The notes beneath the pieces are model-generated. The model did no database searches. It was not told the DNA's origin and was given only the letters and a program-made list of their open reading frames with translations. A stretch of DNA of 64,000 bases from Mobula hypostoma (lineage: Eukaryota), in contig NC_086104.1 in assembly GCF_963921235.1 (NCBI RefSeq), forward strand, positions 137,330,001-137,394,000. Reading direction: 5' to 3'. Within the stretch, counting starts at the first letter, position 1, and every line of letters begins with the position of its first letter. Positions 37,991 to 50,930 of this stretch are shown here, piece after piece. The position numbers were made by a program, and so were the translations under genes.

Positions 37991-39299
37991 AGTGTTTTGT
38001 CAGGAGAAGAATCCGATGGGAATTCATACAGTATCCCCTTTTCCTTCCTCCAAGTGAAATCACCCATTTGGATCTGATCGTCTCTGTTTGGGATGTGCAC
38101 CAGGAATCTTTCCATGTTGTTGTTTCCCTTGGGCTGATCAGTAGTTTCCAGGGTGGAGAAATTTACAGTGACATACGTTTGTTGGGTTGTGTGAGAGTGT
38201 GCCACAGGGTCAAGAGGCGATTGATTAATTCCACAGGGAATTCTAGTTGAGATGACGGACAAGTTCCTTCCGGAAGGGGATGCCCGCTCACAGAATATGG
38301 TTTTCCTCTTCTAATTTTCTCCTCCAGAAGCTGGTTTACCTGCTCCTCAGTCCTGATCCATCACACTTCACTCAGGGTGATGTCAATATCAAAGTGTCTG
38401 TGTGACTGAGGTACAAGAGCAGAGCCATAATCTACCACAAGAACAGATTAGCAATAGGACAGAGCTTCTACGGTGTTCTCAAAGCCTCTTTGAGAAAACG
38501 CAGCATCCACTGACCCACGATCAGTCACCATAGGGAAGCTGCATTTGGGATAAAAATTAGGACCTTGATTCCATTTAGTAACTGAGGGAGGAGTGCACCA
38601 CCTCACCTGTCTGTGGAAGAGTGTGTGTAATCCCCACATTTTCTCCAGTCACCCCGTAAGCCAAAGAACCGGAAAGTTACTCTCAGTTTTAATCCTGAGG
38701 AACTGCCCAAGACCAAGTCCCATACAGAATTTCTCCTGTCTTATTATATAAGAATCCCCATTAACTTATTGCTAACCTTTCTTTACACTGCAGACTATTT
38801 TGCAATCTGCTTCTATGCCTCTTATTAAAATACCTTCATGTTCTACCTGATTAATGTCGTGGCCCTCCTTTTCTGAACTCTGAACACCTCCCTAGTCTCA
38901 GACATATAGCTCTTTCTGACAACATTATGACTGAAAAGGTATAGGTTGAGTAACCCTTATACAAAAATTTTTTCGAGCACTGACATGACGTCACAAATGG
39001 AAAATTCCACAAGGCGCTTGGAAGGTTATCAGGTGATGAGCAGGTCTCTGCACACCACAGACAATTCTGCAAAGTGACCTCACACATGGAATGAACAGAA
39101 GTTAATGAAAAACAGAAAAACACTACATAAAGCAAGAAATGAAGATCTTGATCGTGTATTGAAAGAGTGGATTGGTCAGCATCGGAATAAACATACCACT
39201 TAATAGTATGCTGATCATGAAACAAGCAAAGATCTATTATAATAAACTGAAAATTGAAGGTAATTGTGAATATTCAGTAGGCTGGTTACAGTCATTTAA

Positions 39300-40387
39300 G
39301 GCTACGTCCACACTACGCCAGATAATTTTGAAAACGCCGGTTTCAAGTAAAAACAACAGGCGTACACACTAAGTGTTTTTCAAAATATCTCTGTCCACAC
39401 TAACACGGATATTTGGGCAAATCTCCTCTACTGGGCACGCGCAGGACACACAGAAAACAAGTGAAGAGGAAACCGTATACTTGGTGCGCGTTTGTCCAGT
39501 TACAGAATAGAAAAACTTAAAAGGAATTGCTCTTGGCTCTCGTGTAGGAGGACTTAAAACTAAAAAAAAACAAATACTGAAGCGTATGGAGGCAACCGAC
39601 AGGGAGTTCACGGACAGTATGACCCGGCTGACGACGAACATTGAAAAACTGACTAACTCTGTTGCATTAATAAAGCACCTTGTTAAATGTATAAAACATG
39701 TCTGCATCAGTGTTATCTTGTATTTCCATACAATATTACATTAGGCTATTACACTACACTTGCATAAATAGGTAAACCACCTTCATACAGGCAAGAACAG
39801 AAAACAGGGCAAAGTGGGTATACTTATTTATTCAGTAAGCTATTGGTCAAAGTATTTGGTGAGTACATTTCTAACTCTTCTGGCTTCAGTCTCATTGCCA
39901 TCTGTTCTGAAATTGTTAGGTTCTGCGAAGCGCAGAATCAAATATCGCTGTGATGATTGTACGCTCTAGTATCAATTGTTTGGTGACAATAAAGTAGTAG
40001 TAATAATAATAATAATAATAAAAAGAAGAAAACAATGAAATGCCGGGCTGCCGCCATCTGTTCAGAATGTCTGGAACAGATGGCGGCAGCCCGGCATTTC
40101 ATTGTTTTCTTCTTTTTATTATTATTATTATTATTACTACTACTTTATTGTCACCAAACAATTGATACTAGAGTGTACAATCATCAGACAGCAGTTTTAA
40201 GAAGCTGCAGGTACCCCGTATACACTACAACGGATATTAGGCGTTTTCAGATTTATTCACTCTGGAGACCGTTTCTGAAAATCTCTGTTTTCGGGGATTG
40301 AAAACGCTGTTTTAGTGTGGACAGAGGGTCAAAATGAAGAGAAAAAGCTTTGTTTTCAAAATTATCTGGCATAGTGTGGACATAGCC
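39300..40387. mobile_element. PIF/Harbinger-type non-autonomous element
   Basis: 36-bp TIRs GGCTACGTCCACACTACGCCAGATAATTTTGAAAAC (2 mismatches) with TAA TSD. Confidence 0.9.
39951..40186. repeat. Near-perfect palindrome, 113-bp arms, 10-nt spacer
   Basis: 39951-40063 versus 40074-40186, one mismatch seen. Confidence 0.95.
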
Positions 40388-41664
40388 TAAGGAAAGGCAT
40401 GGCATTAAATGTTTAAAGGTTTAAAAAAGAAAAATTCATTGATGACTTTGCCAAGATTGTCACAGATGAAAATCTAGCACCAGAACAAGTTTACAATGCT
40501 GATTGTTTTTGTACCTTACATAAAACCTAAAACAAAGTAAAATACAAACACAAGGTACAGTATTCTATCTTTTTAATCAAAACACAGCGTCGTAGGTGGA
40601 GACGGAAAGCATGCTGTTGTTTGACAGCTGATTCAGGTACCCTCCCGATGTGTCCGTGCTGCTTTTTTCACCCTGCACACATTATATTAATTCATAATTC
40701 TTACTGTTAAATATATATGTGTGATGAACAAGTGTAAGACAAAAACTGCTTACCAGTAGCATGTAAATTCAGAGAATTTACAAACTATTTTATTATATAT
40801 TCCAAAATCTGGAACACTTCCAGCCCCAAGTATTTGGGATAAAGGGTAGTCATCCTATATTAAAATATCTTTTCCTTACTTCATACCATCTTAAAGTTCT
40901 ATTGTGAGCCACACCTGCACCATTCCTCCTGTGGGAAATGTGATTAAACAGACCACTTTGGTAAAGAACCAGCGAAACCATAATCATCTGAATGGCTGTC
41001 TTCTTTGTCTATGAAATCAAACTTAATTAATTACACTTGAAAACGAAACACAAACGAAAACCTTTCAATTCTGTTCACTGTAAGTATAACATTAAGCTAA
41101 ATCAAAAGTACTTTTGCCCCATAATTTGGAACATTTTCTCAACTTCTGCAACCGGTCTGAATGACGACCAGCAATTTGATAGCAGCAGATCGTGTCTCTA
41201 TAGAGTAAAATAAAGGCAAGCTTAATTAAATTAAAAGAATTAGAGTACTCCATAAGTTAATTTTCATTTAAAGTGGAAGGCGTAAGCTGGTACTTAATCA
41301 GGATGAAAATTTTAACCAGCCTTCTTTGAATAGACTACGCTGTTTAATTCAATCTGTATGACATTTGGTGAATAGCAAGCACACTTAAACCAAATGTTTC
41401 TTCAGCTTAATTTAAAATGCACTCAGTGATGCGTACAGCCCTGCTAATGTTATTGGAATGCAAATGAAGGGGAATTGGGACCCAGCCCTGCCTCTCCCGC
41501 ACAAAGAATGAATTTGCCTTGTAATTGTAGCAGGACATCACAGGACTCACATCTGTACTTTTGGGGATAATGGACCTCTCCATGTGGCCTCATTGAAAAT
41601 GAATATTTTTGAATATACACCAGGCAGCTTGTAAAGGGAGGCAGAATTGGCTTAAATTTCCTGC

Positions 41665-43470
41665 ATTTACTCCTGTTGGAAAATGTTGGCCAAAGCTGGC
41701 CAAAGTAAACTGGAAGGAGCTGCTGGCAGGGATAACAACAGAGCAGCAAAGGACTGAGTTTCTAGGAAAATGAGGAAGGTGCAGGATAGATGTATTCCAA
41801 AAACAAAGAAATACTCAAATGGCAAAATAGTACAACCATGGCTGACAAGGCAAGTCAAAGCTAATGTAGAAGAAAAAAAAGAGGGCATACAACAAAGCAA
41901 AAATTAGTGGGATACAGAGGATTGGAAAGATTTTAAAACCCTCCAGAGAGCAACTAAAAGAATCATTAGGAGGGAAAAAATGAAATATGAAAGCAAACTA
42001 GCAGACAATATCAAACTGGATAGTAAAAGCTTTTTCAAGTATGTAAAAATAAGAGACGAGAGTGGATATAAGACCATTAGAAAATGGGGCAGGAGAAATA
42101 ATAATGGGGGCCAAGGAGATGGCAGATGAACTAAATGAGTATTTTGCATCAGTTTTCACTGTAGAAGACACCAGCAGTGTGCCAGATGGTGAAGAGTGTG
42201 AAGGAAGAGAAGTGGGTGCAGTTACTATTACAAGGGAGAAGATGATCTAAAAGCTGAAAGACCTAAAAGTACATAAGTCACTCAGGCCAGATGAACTGCA
42301 GAAGGTTCTGAAAGGTAACAGTAGAGATTGTGGAGGCATTAGTAATGATCTTTCAAAAATCATTGGACTCTGGCATGGTGCTAGAGGACTGGAAACTTGC
42401 AAATGACATTCCACTCTATAAGAAAGAAGGAAGGCAGCAGAAAGGAAACTATAGACCAGTTAGCCTGACCTCAGTCGTTGGGAAGATGTTGGAGTCAGTT
42501 GTTAAGGATGAGGTTATGGAGTACTTGGTGACACAGGACAAGATAGTACAAAGTCAGCATGGTTTCCTTAAGGGAAAATCTTGTCTGACAAACCTGTTTG
42601 AATTCTTCGAGAAGATTACACATAGGATAGATAAAGGGGATATAGTAGATGTTGTATATTTGGACTTTCAGAAGCCTTGGATGAGGTGCCACACACGAGA
42701 CTGCTTACCAACTTAAGAGCCCATGGTATTACAGGAATGTTACTAAAATGGTTAGAGTATTGGCTGATTGGTAGGAGGCATCGATTGGGAATAAAACAAT
42801 CCCTTTCTGGTTGGCCGCCAGTGACTAGTGGTGTTCTGCAGGGTCAGCGTTGAGACCACCTCTTTTTATGCTGAATATAATTGATTTAGATGATGGTATA
42901 GATGGATTTGTTGCCAAGTTTGCAGATGATATGAAGATTGGTGCAGGGGAAGATAGTGTTGAGGAAGCAGGTAGGCTGCAGAAGGATTTAGACAGATTAG
43001 GAGAATGGGCAAGAGAGTGGCAAATGAAATACAATTTTGGAAAATGCATGGTCATGTGCTGGAATTTAGAAGGTTGGGGGGATCTCATTGAAATCTTTCG
43101 AATCTTCAAAGGCCTAGACAGAGTAGATGTTGAAAGGATGTTTCCCATGGTGGGGGAGTCTAGGACAAGAGGGCACAACCTCAGGATAGTGGGGCGACTG
43201 TTTAAAACAGAGATGCAGAAGAATTTCTTTAGCCAGAGGGTGGTGAATTTGTGGAATTTATTACCACAGGCAGCCGTGAAGACCAGGTCGTTGGGTGTAT
43301 TTCAGGCAGAGCTTGATTGGTTCTTGATTGGACACGACATCAAAGGTTACAGGGAGAAAGCTGGGGAGTGGAGCTGAGGAGTGGAAAAAGGCTCAGCCAC
43401 GATTGAATGGTGGAGCAGACTTGATGGACCAAATAGCCTAATTTCTGCTATGTCTTATGGTCATAGAAAT
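41665..43470 (+). pseudogene. Decayed CR1 ORF2 (reverse transcriptase) with 3' UTR
   Basis: GNYRPVSLTSVVGKMLES, SQHGFLKGKSCLTNL, VYLDFQK, AKFADDMKIG; frameshifts and an internal deletion. Confidence 0.92.
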
Positions 43471-43649
43471 TTCCAACAGATGATTTTCACCGAATTTTCA
43501 GCAAAGAAAATATTTTTCTATGGGCTAACAAATGTGCTCAGTGGGATTAAGAAAGGTTCCCAGCTTTGAGTTGTAAGATTTCCTGGAGATTTCTACAAAT
43601 CCTGGAACTACTTGACCTATGATCACTCAAGATGGAGAAGTAGCTGAGG

Positions 43650-44970
43650 AGGGTTGGGAGGGTTGAAAATGGCAGGAGGGTGTAAGCAAGTTCCACCAAA
43701 AGTTGGGCTGCAAGCTCCCCTTTGATGGCAGGCAAAAGCCTGCTCACCAGAAGCGGTGTGTTCCTGGTGTTGCTTTATGTGACCCAGGTATGGTCCGTAT
43801 CCCACTCCTGTCCCATCACAATCATCCAAACAATCTTCCGTTTCACATGGACATCCAAGATAGAATACATTCACGTGGTTTGCGATGTCTAAGCCTCTGG
43901 AGAACGGAGGGAAGCATTCCCAGCATAGTCCTTTTCCTGACGGCCATCACTGCATCTGGCTGCATCAAGCTGTACATAAAACAAATGTGCACGAGAACCA
44001 AGTGTCACTCCAAGCCAAGGTTCCACCTGTCTCCCAGGTTACAAAGGATGGGTCTGGCCTCGTTGTCGCACAATTTCCACATGGTTAGATATTATCTCAC
44101 TACCTGTCCTTAATGGAGACCTTCTTTCAGAGAGCTAAGTAGTTATGACGCCAACGGTGATGCCTTTGCTTGCATCTTCAAAAACAGTTCTATTTCCATC
44201 TTTATTATCTCTATTTTTCCCTTTCAGGGTTCTTCTGAAAACCCTGACCTGAACTTATCGGGTGAACAATGTAGCCTTTGGAGTAAATGCAAATCTATGT
44301 CTTTGTTATTGCTTTGCTCACGTTTGAGTGCCAATAGCAGGTGAGCTTTATTTTTGCCGGTGGGGGGGAGGGGGATTGTTGCTTGCTGCCGTTTACGCTA
44401 GGGAGGGAGGGGAGCTGGGGGGGGTACTTTGGGGTTCTAACATCTAACTGTCGTTCATTCTTGGGATACTCCTCTGTTTTCGTGGATGGTTGCGAAGTAA
44501 AAGCATTTCATGTTGTATATTGTATACATTTCTCCGATATTAAATTGAACCTTTGAAAACACCTTTGACCACATCCATCAGGCAGTGGTCAGCATGAAAT
44601 GACCTGCAGGCTCTGCAGGAGAAGGACATAATGGATCCAGTAGGTTGAGTCACTGAGCAGATGTCAAAACCATTTGATGGAATGACCCATCACCGGAGCT
44701 CACCAAGAGCCCACTGGTCTGGGAGTAAAAGGAGGTCTCTGTGAGGTCTTTCCTGCTTGTTCAGAATCTCACTCCAAACAGTCACTACCCTCATGAGAGC
44801 AGCAGCGAGGATGAGGCGATCACCCACCTCTTTGTGGGACTGCTCACTTGCAAAGAAGGTCTGGGAAAGGACGCGAGGGTTCTTGTTGATGTTCATTTCA
44901 AGCAGCTCTGTACCAGGGGACCCTCAGATCTATGGGCTGTTCCCAAGGAGGCATACCAAACTTACACTTG
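43650..44970 (+). pseudogene. L1/Tx1-clade LINE ORF2 C-terminal relic, interrupted at ~44140-44560
   Basis: LLYVTQVW...IFRFTW, MSKPLENGGK, RFHLSPRLQRMGL, then the zinc-knuckle-like DEAITHLF...CSLAKKVW. Confidence 0.65.
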
Positions 44971-45149
44971 AAGTTTCTCCCACAGTCTCTCTTATAGAAC
45001 TGCATCAGGTATCTTCTAATTAATATCAGCGGGCATTCCCCTACACAGGTTGTGTCAGCACTTCAATAAATATGATCAGAGGAAAGCACGATCTGACAGC
45101 AGTGGGCCAGTCTGTATTTTGAGACTGTTCCACCATGCAGTATTCATGT

Positions 45150-46500
45150 ATGATCTGCATCCAGTCTTAACTCTACATCCCAACCTATCCCCACCACCAC
45201 ACCCCCCGTAACCTTTCAAACCTTACTTTTCAAGAATTGTTCAACCTGCCAAATATATATTTTTTAGAGATCGACTGCCACTTTCCTTCATGTTCCAAAG
45301 GCAAACACCACTGCAAGAAAATCATTTGCCTTAAAGGAGAACCTCGGATATTTAAACGATGACTCCTAGTACTAAATTTTCTCACGGGACATCCTTACCT
45401 CATCCTCCTTGCCAAAAGACCCCAGGATCTTATGCATTTTAATCAAGTCTTCTATATCCCTCTCTTTCTCTCATTCACTCTCACTGTCTCATAAACTCCA
45501 ACAGATAGCACCCTGTCCTGTCTAATCTTTCCTCCCAGAACAAACTGTCCACTGAAGGCATTAACATGGTAAATCTTCTCTCAACTGTTATCATCCATCA
45601 TTAATAAGGGGTATTAAGGGAAGAATACATTACAGAGCACTCCAGATGTGGGTACATCAGTGCCCCAAATAACTAAGTATAGATTCCCTACTCCAGCAAT
45701 CAATTTCCTTTGCAAAATATGATAACATTCTGTTAGCTTACCTAATTACTGGCCACACTTGCACATTTGCTTCTTAAGAATCATGAACTGGGAACCTCAA
45801 AAGTTTTGAGAGAAAATTATTGTTCAGATAATAAGCTTTCACTTTCCTGCCAAGATGGATAATTTTCCAATTTCCCACATTATAGTACACTTGCCAGATC
45901 TTTACCCATTCGCTTCATCGATCCACATCTCATTATGATCTCCTCGTGTCCTCTTCATAGCTTGCTCTTTACCTATCTTTGTGTCACGAGCAAAGTTGAC
46001 ATCTGCATCTTCGAATGGCAATGTGTGGATATCTCAAAAATGAACCCTGTGTCACACCACCCTTGACATCTTCTCAACCAGAAAATTATGCCTCTCATTA
46101 GCCAGCCACTTTGGTGTGTTATTTCGCACACTGTGATAACTCTAGATATGGCAACATAATTAATGCTTTCTGGAGATCAAAATATCATACTTCTTTGAAG
46201 AACTGCAACAAATGGTAAAGCATTTTACATCCCTTTCACGACCTCACTGACTTTGCATCATTACCTTCAATTTTTCCGGTGCTCTACAATAATTTATTTA
46301 ATAATAGTTTCTAATATCTTACCAATACCAGAAGTTTAACTAATTAATCTATAGCTCCCAGCCTTTTCTCTTGCTATTTAAATAAAGGAATTACAATTAC
46401 TATCTCCTAATCTAACAGAGCTTTCTACTAATTGGGCAATTTTGGAAAATTAAAAACAATGCATCAACTATCACTCAAACCACAATCTGAAACCTTAGGT
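45150..46500 (-). mobile_element. Old degraded CR1
   Basis: Patchy similarity to CR1 RT and 3' sequence. Confidence 0.5.
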
Positions 46501-47706
46501 TATAAACCCTCGCTGTGCTCTGTCTAATCGTCTGAAACATTTCAAGGTGTCAGTTACTCTATCCTTAATTATACACTTCAGCAACTTCCAGAGAGCAGAT
46601 GTCATGCTAGCTGGACTTCAATTTCCTGTTTTCTCCCCCTTTCCTTCCCTCATTAGAGTATTGTGCAATCCTCCAGTTTAAAAGGCTAATACTTTACTAA
46701 CTGTGGAGGTTAATACATATTTTACATTTCTTGTTACTCAGCACAGGGTCGGTGTCTGCTTACCTCTGCAGCCTGGCGATCTGACTACCTGTGTTGTCCA
46801 TTGTCACACTGACTCACTAGTTTGGGGTCAGATTTCTGGAAGAAGGTGGTTGTCTGTGTTCCTTCTGTCACTGTGCCTGACTCTCTTCATCCTCTCGTCC
46901 TTTTCCTTTTATACCCATCCGCAAACCACCCCCTCCCCACAAACCCAACGTATCTACTTTATTTACTATGATACTGAAGGTGGGCACAATGACTCGATGG
47001 GTCGGTGCCAGCTCCTTGCCAAGCAATTCCATCAGATGCATTCCACTCACCCTATACCACTGTCACCCCTCAAACTATCCTCTCTTACTCATGCCCATCA
47101 TTTCTTCTTCTATTATTTTTTTTTACTGCTATTAGACATCACTAATGGATAATTTACTAACCAACCATCCTACCAGCACAGCTTTGGCACTGTGCTCTAT
47201 AGCTGCTAGTTGGAAGGTAACTTGGCCTCAAAGGCCAAGACCATTAGGAACATACAGTAATAATGGACAGCAAAGGAGCTTTTTCTCCATTCAGTCTGAC
47301 TCACTAAACTTAATGTCTTGTGTCGGATCCCCATTACACCCAAAGGTCATCCAATTGGGGCTAGGGCTTTTCTCTTTGGAGCAAAGGAGGTTGAGAGGTG
47401 ACTTGAGTGATGTACAAGATTGTAAGAGGCATAGATGGAGTAGAGGCCAGCACCTTTTTCCCAGGGTGGCTATGGCTAATACCAAAGGGAATGCTTTTAA
47501 GCTGAGTGGTGGAAAGGTTAGGGAAGCTGTCCGAGGTAGGATTTTCTTTGTACATAGAGTGGTAGGTGGCTGGAACGGACGGCTAGTGCTGGTGGTAAAG
47601 GCAGATACATTAGGAACATTAAAGAGGCTCTTAGTTGGATGAAAGAAAAATGGTTATGGGTTACATAGGGTGGAAGGTTTAGGTTGATTGTGGAGTAAGT
47701 TTAAAG

Positions 47707-48415
47707 CAGCAGTCCCCAGGTACTGGGCCACAAAGCAAGTGCTACCGGGCCGTGAGGAAACCATATGAGTCAGCTGCACCTTTCCTCATTCCCTGTCACG
47801 CACTGTTGAACTTGAACATAGGGTTGCCAACTGCCCCGTATTTCCCCTGCTAAGGTAGAGCGTTCCTATGAAACCTTTCATGCCGAAATGGCGTGAAGTG
47901 AAGAAGCAATTACCATTAACTTATATGGGAAAAAGTTTTGAGCGTTCCCAGACCCAAAAAATAACCTAACAAATCATACCAAATAACAATAAAACCAAAA
48001 ATAAATAACACTAACATATAGTAAAAGCAGGAATGATATGATAAATACACAGCCTATATAGAGTAGAAATAATGTACATACAGTATAGTGGGGGAGATGA
48101 AGGCAAAACTGATTTGTGGGGAAAAAAATCGGCACGTACGCGCATGCGCACATCACATGTGCATGTCACGCAAGCGCACACAGGTGCCCGCGCAAGGCTT
48201 CATGGTTATGGTAGTCTTTCCTGGGGTAAAGTGTCCCGGGTTTCGACTGCTACTTTTGTCCTTTATTTCGGAGTGAGAAAGTTGGCAACCCTAACTGTAA
48301 AAGACATGTTGAGGTGAGTTTAACCCTACCTGAACACTCCCCCCGGTCGGCCGGTCTGCAAGAATATTGTCAATATTGAACTAGTCCGCGGTGCAAAAAA
48401 GGTTGGGGACCCCTG
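47707..48415. mobile_element. hAT-Charlie-type non-autonomous element
   Basis: CAGCAGTCCCCA...TGGGGACCCCTG termini with 8-bp TSD GTTTAAAG. Confidence 0.85.
47819..48293. mobile_element. Inner TIR element (hAT-like) carried within the Charlie element
   Basis: Perfect TAGGGTTGCCAACT/AGTTGGCAACCCTA TIRs; no clear TSD. Confidence 0.7.
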
Positions 48416-48809
48416 GTTTAAAGGATAGCACAACATGATGGGCCAAAGGGCCTGTACTGTGCTTTACTGTTCTGTGTTCTATGAATTATGTCCAAGTGAC
48501 AAAGGCAGCAGATGAGAGTGCTCTGACTGTGATGCGCTATCCACCTTTTGTATGATGTCCATTGGAAACATCCTTACCTATCAATTCAGGTCCTAAACAT
48601 ATATAAAAAAAATAGGCTGGCACTACAAAGGGAAGACCTACTTTCAACAGTGAAGGATCACTACAAAGGTAGCAGGTCAAAAATGTACTAAATGTCATTA
48701 AACAGTTTCTCTCTCTCTTTGATCACATTACTGCTGATGGAATTGCTGTGTAACATTTGGTTTCCTACATCATAACAACTATTCAACTGGCTACGTTTAA
48801 CAAGTACTC

Positions 48810-48945
48810 AATTCCTGATGACGGGTCTCAGCTCACAACGTTGACTGTTTACTCCCCTCCATAGATGTTACCTGACCTGCAGATTTCCTCCACTATTTTG
48901 TGTGTGTTGCTCTGGATTCTCAGCATCTTCAGAATCGCTGAAGTA
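48810..48945 (+). mobile_element. PLE-end unit with degenerate hammerhead
   Basis: CCTGATGA-CGGGTCTCAGCTC-ACAA-CGTT-GACTG followed by the conserved tail. Confidence 0.7.
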
Positions 48946-49104
48946 CTTTACTGGCGTTATACTAGAAGACAAAGGGTGACAGTGGAGGGTTATTTTTGTG
49001 ATCGAAAGCCCGTATCCAGTGATGTCCAACAAGGACCAGTAATGGAGCATTTACTGCTTGTTATGTACATTAACAAATCAGATGTTCATGTAGGGAGCGA
49101 CTAA

Positions 49105-49705
49105 AGCTGGGATTTCCCATGGCTACCCATCCATTTCCGTTCCGACATGTCGGTCCATGGCCTACTCTATGGTCACGATCAGGCCACTTTCAGGTTGGAG
49201 GAGCAACGCTTCATAGTCCGTCTGGTAACCTCCATCCTAATGGCATGCACATCGATTTCTGTAACTTCTGGTAATTTTTCCCCCTTCCACTTATCTCTTT
49301 TTCCGTTCCCCATTCTGATTCCCCTCGTACCCCTTCTCTTCTCCTCACCTCCCTCTGGTGTCCCTCCTCTTTCTATTTCTCCCATGGTCCACTGTCCTAT
49401 CCGATACCTTCCTCTTCAGCCCTTTATCTCCTCCATCCATCATCTTCCAGCTTCTCTCTTCATCCCCTCTTCCCCCACCTATCCACCTTCCCCTTCACCT
49501 CATCTCACCTATCACCTGCCGGCTTGTACTCCTTCCCTTTGCCCCACCTTCTTATTGTAACTTTTCCCCCCTTCCGCCCCAGTCCTGATGAAGGGCCTGG
49601 GCCTGAAACGTGGATAGCTTATCGCTCTCCATCGATGCTGCTTGACCCGCGGAGTTTGGGAGTGTTGCTCTGCATTTTCCAGCACCTGCAGAGTCTCTTG
49701 TGTTT
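49105..49705 (+). mobile_element. Penelope-like 3' remnant with hammerhead motif (49580-49617)
   Basis: MSVHGLLYGHDQATFRLEEQRFIVRL; CT-rich UTR; CAGTC-CTGATGA-AGGGCCTGGGCCT-GAAA-CG-TG. Confidence 0.8.
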
Positions 49706-49749
49706 GTGATTTTAAGTTTGCACATCAGATAACACAAAAGAAAATCGTG

Positions 49750-50930
49750 TTTGTTGTGGATATTGAGAAGGATAGGTTCAGGCTACCGAAAGATACCCAC
49801 CATTTGGTTAGCTGGGTAGAGCAAGGGCAGATAGAATTTAATCTTTGTAAGTGTAAAGTCATGGACTTTAGGAACAACACAAGGAGTGATAGGACAACAT
49901 AAAGTACTGAAGAACAGAGGAATCTTAGTATGTAAGTCCAAAGAACCCAAGTGAAAACAGAGAAGTACAGAAGATGTATATGGAATCCTTGAGTCATTAG
50001 TCAGGGCATCAAGCAGAACAACAGGGAAACGCTATGGTACAGCATAATAAATCACAAGACCACATCTGGGATATTGTGTGCAGTTCTGAATATCATGCAA
50101 CGGGTAAGATAAGATTCTGCTGAAGAAGCTACAAAGCTGATTTACCTGGGATGGATTGTTTCAGTTTGTAGGGGAGAATGGACAGGCTTTGCTTTCCTTG
50201 GAGTGGAAAAGGCCGAGGGGCTGCCTGACAGAGTTGTACAAAGTAATAAGCAGCAGAGATACGGTAGGCAGTTGTTGAATTTTCCCATTAGCAAAAATAT
50301 CTATAAGCATAGGTTTATGGTAAGAAGCAAGAGGTTTAGAGGAAAATTAAATGGAAAAATTTACCCAGAGGCAGAGACACTAACAAACTTTAAGAAATAT
50401 CTTGATGAGCACTATGTCACCAGGGCAACGAAAGCTACGGCCCAAGATCAGATTCATGTACATTGAAACATACAGTGAAACGCATCGTTTGCGTTAACTA
50501 CTAACACACCCAAGTACTGGCCAATGGGATTATTATTGATGGTCAGCATGGAACATAAGACACAGGAGCAGAATTAGGCCATTCAGCCCATCAAGTCTGC
50601 TCCACAATTCCATCATGGTTAATTTATTATCCCTCAACACTATTCTCCTGCCTTCTCCCCATAACCTTTGACCCCCCTTCCTCATCAAGAACCCATCAAC
50701 CTCCATTTTAAATATAACTAATTAGTGGTCGGTGCATTGAATTTAAAGGTAGGGAAGTCATGTTACAGCTGTATAAAACTTTGATCAGGCCATGTTTGAA
50801 ATACTGTGTGCAGTTTTGGTTGCTACATTACAGGAAGGATGTTAAGGCTTTGGACCAGGTGCAGAAGAGGTTCACCAGGATGCTGTCTGGGTGAGAGAGT
50901 ATTAGCTCTATGGAGAGGTAGATATAAAAG
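49750..50930. mobile_element. Cluster of older CR1 fragments
   Basis: WVEQGQIEFNLCKCKVM; tgtgtgcagttttgg; CR1 tail at 50540-50720 on the minus strand. Confidence 0.6.

Larger units (their letters stand above)
38942..40857 (+). mobile_element. Tigger/pogo (Tigger4-like) DNA transposon relic
   Basis: TA|TAGGTTGAGTAACCCTTAT...ATAAAGGGTAGTCATCCTA|TA. CENP-B-type transposase fragments DLDRVLKE, LIMKQAKIYY, YSVGWLQSFK/ERHGIK, PEQVYNAD. Confidence 0.85.
47360..48482 (+). mobile_element. CR1 3' end split by the hAT insertion
   Basis: LGLFSLEQRRLRGDL; the 3' UTR resumes after 48415. Confidence 0.75.
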
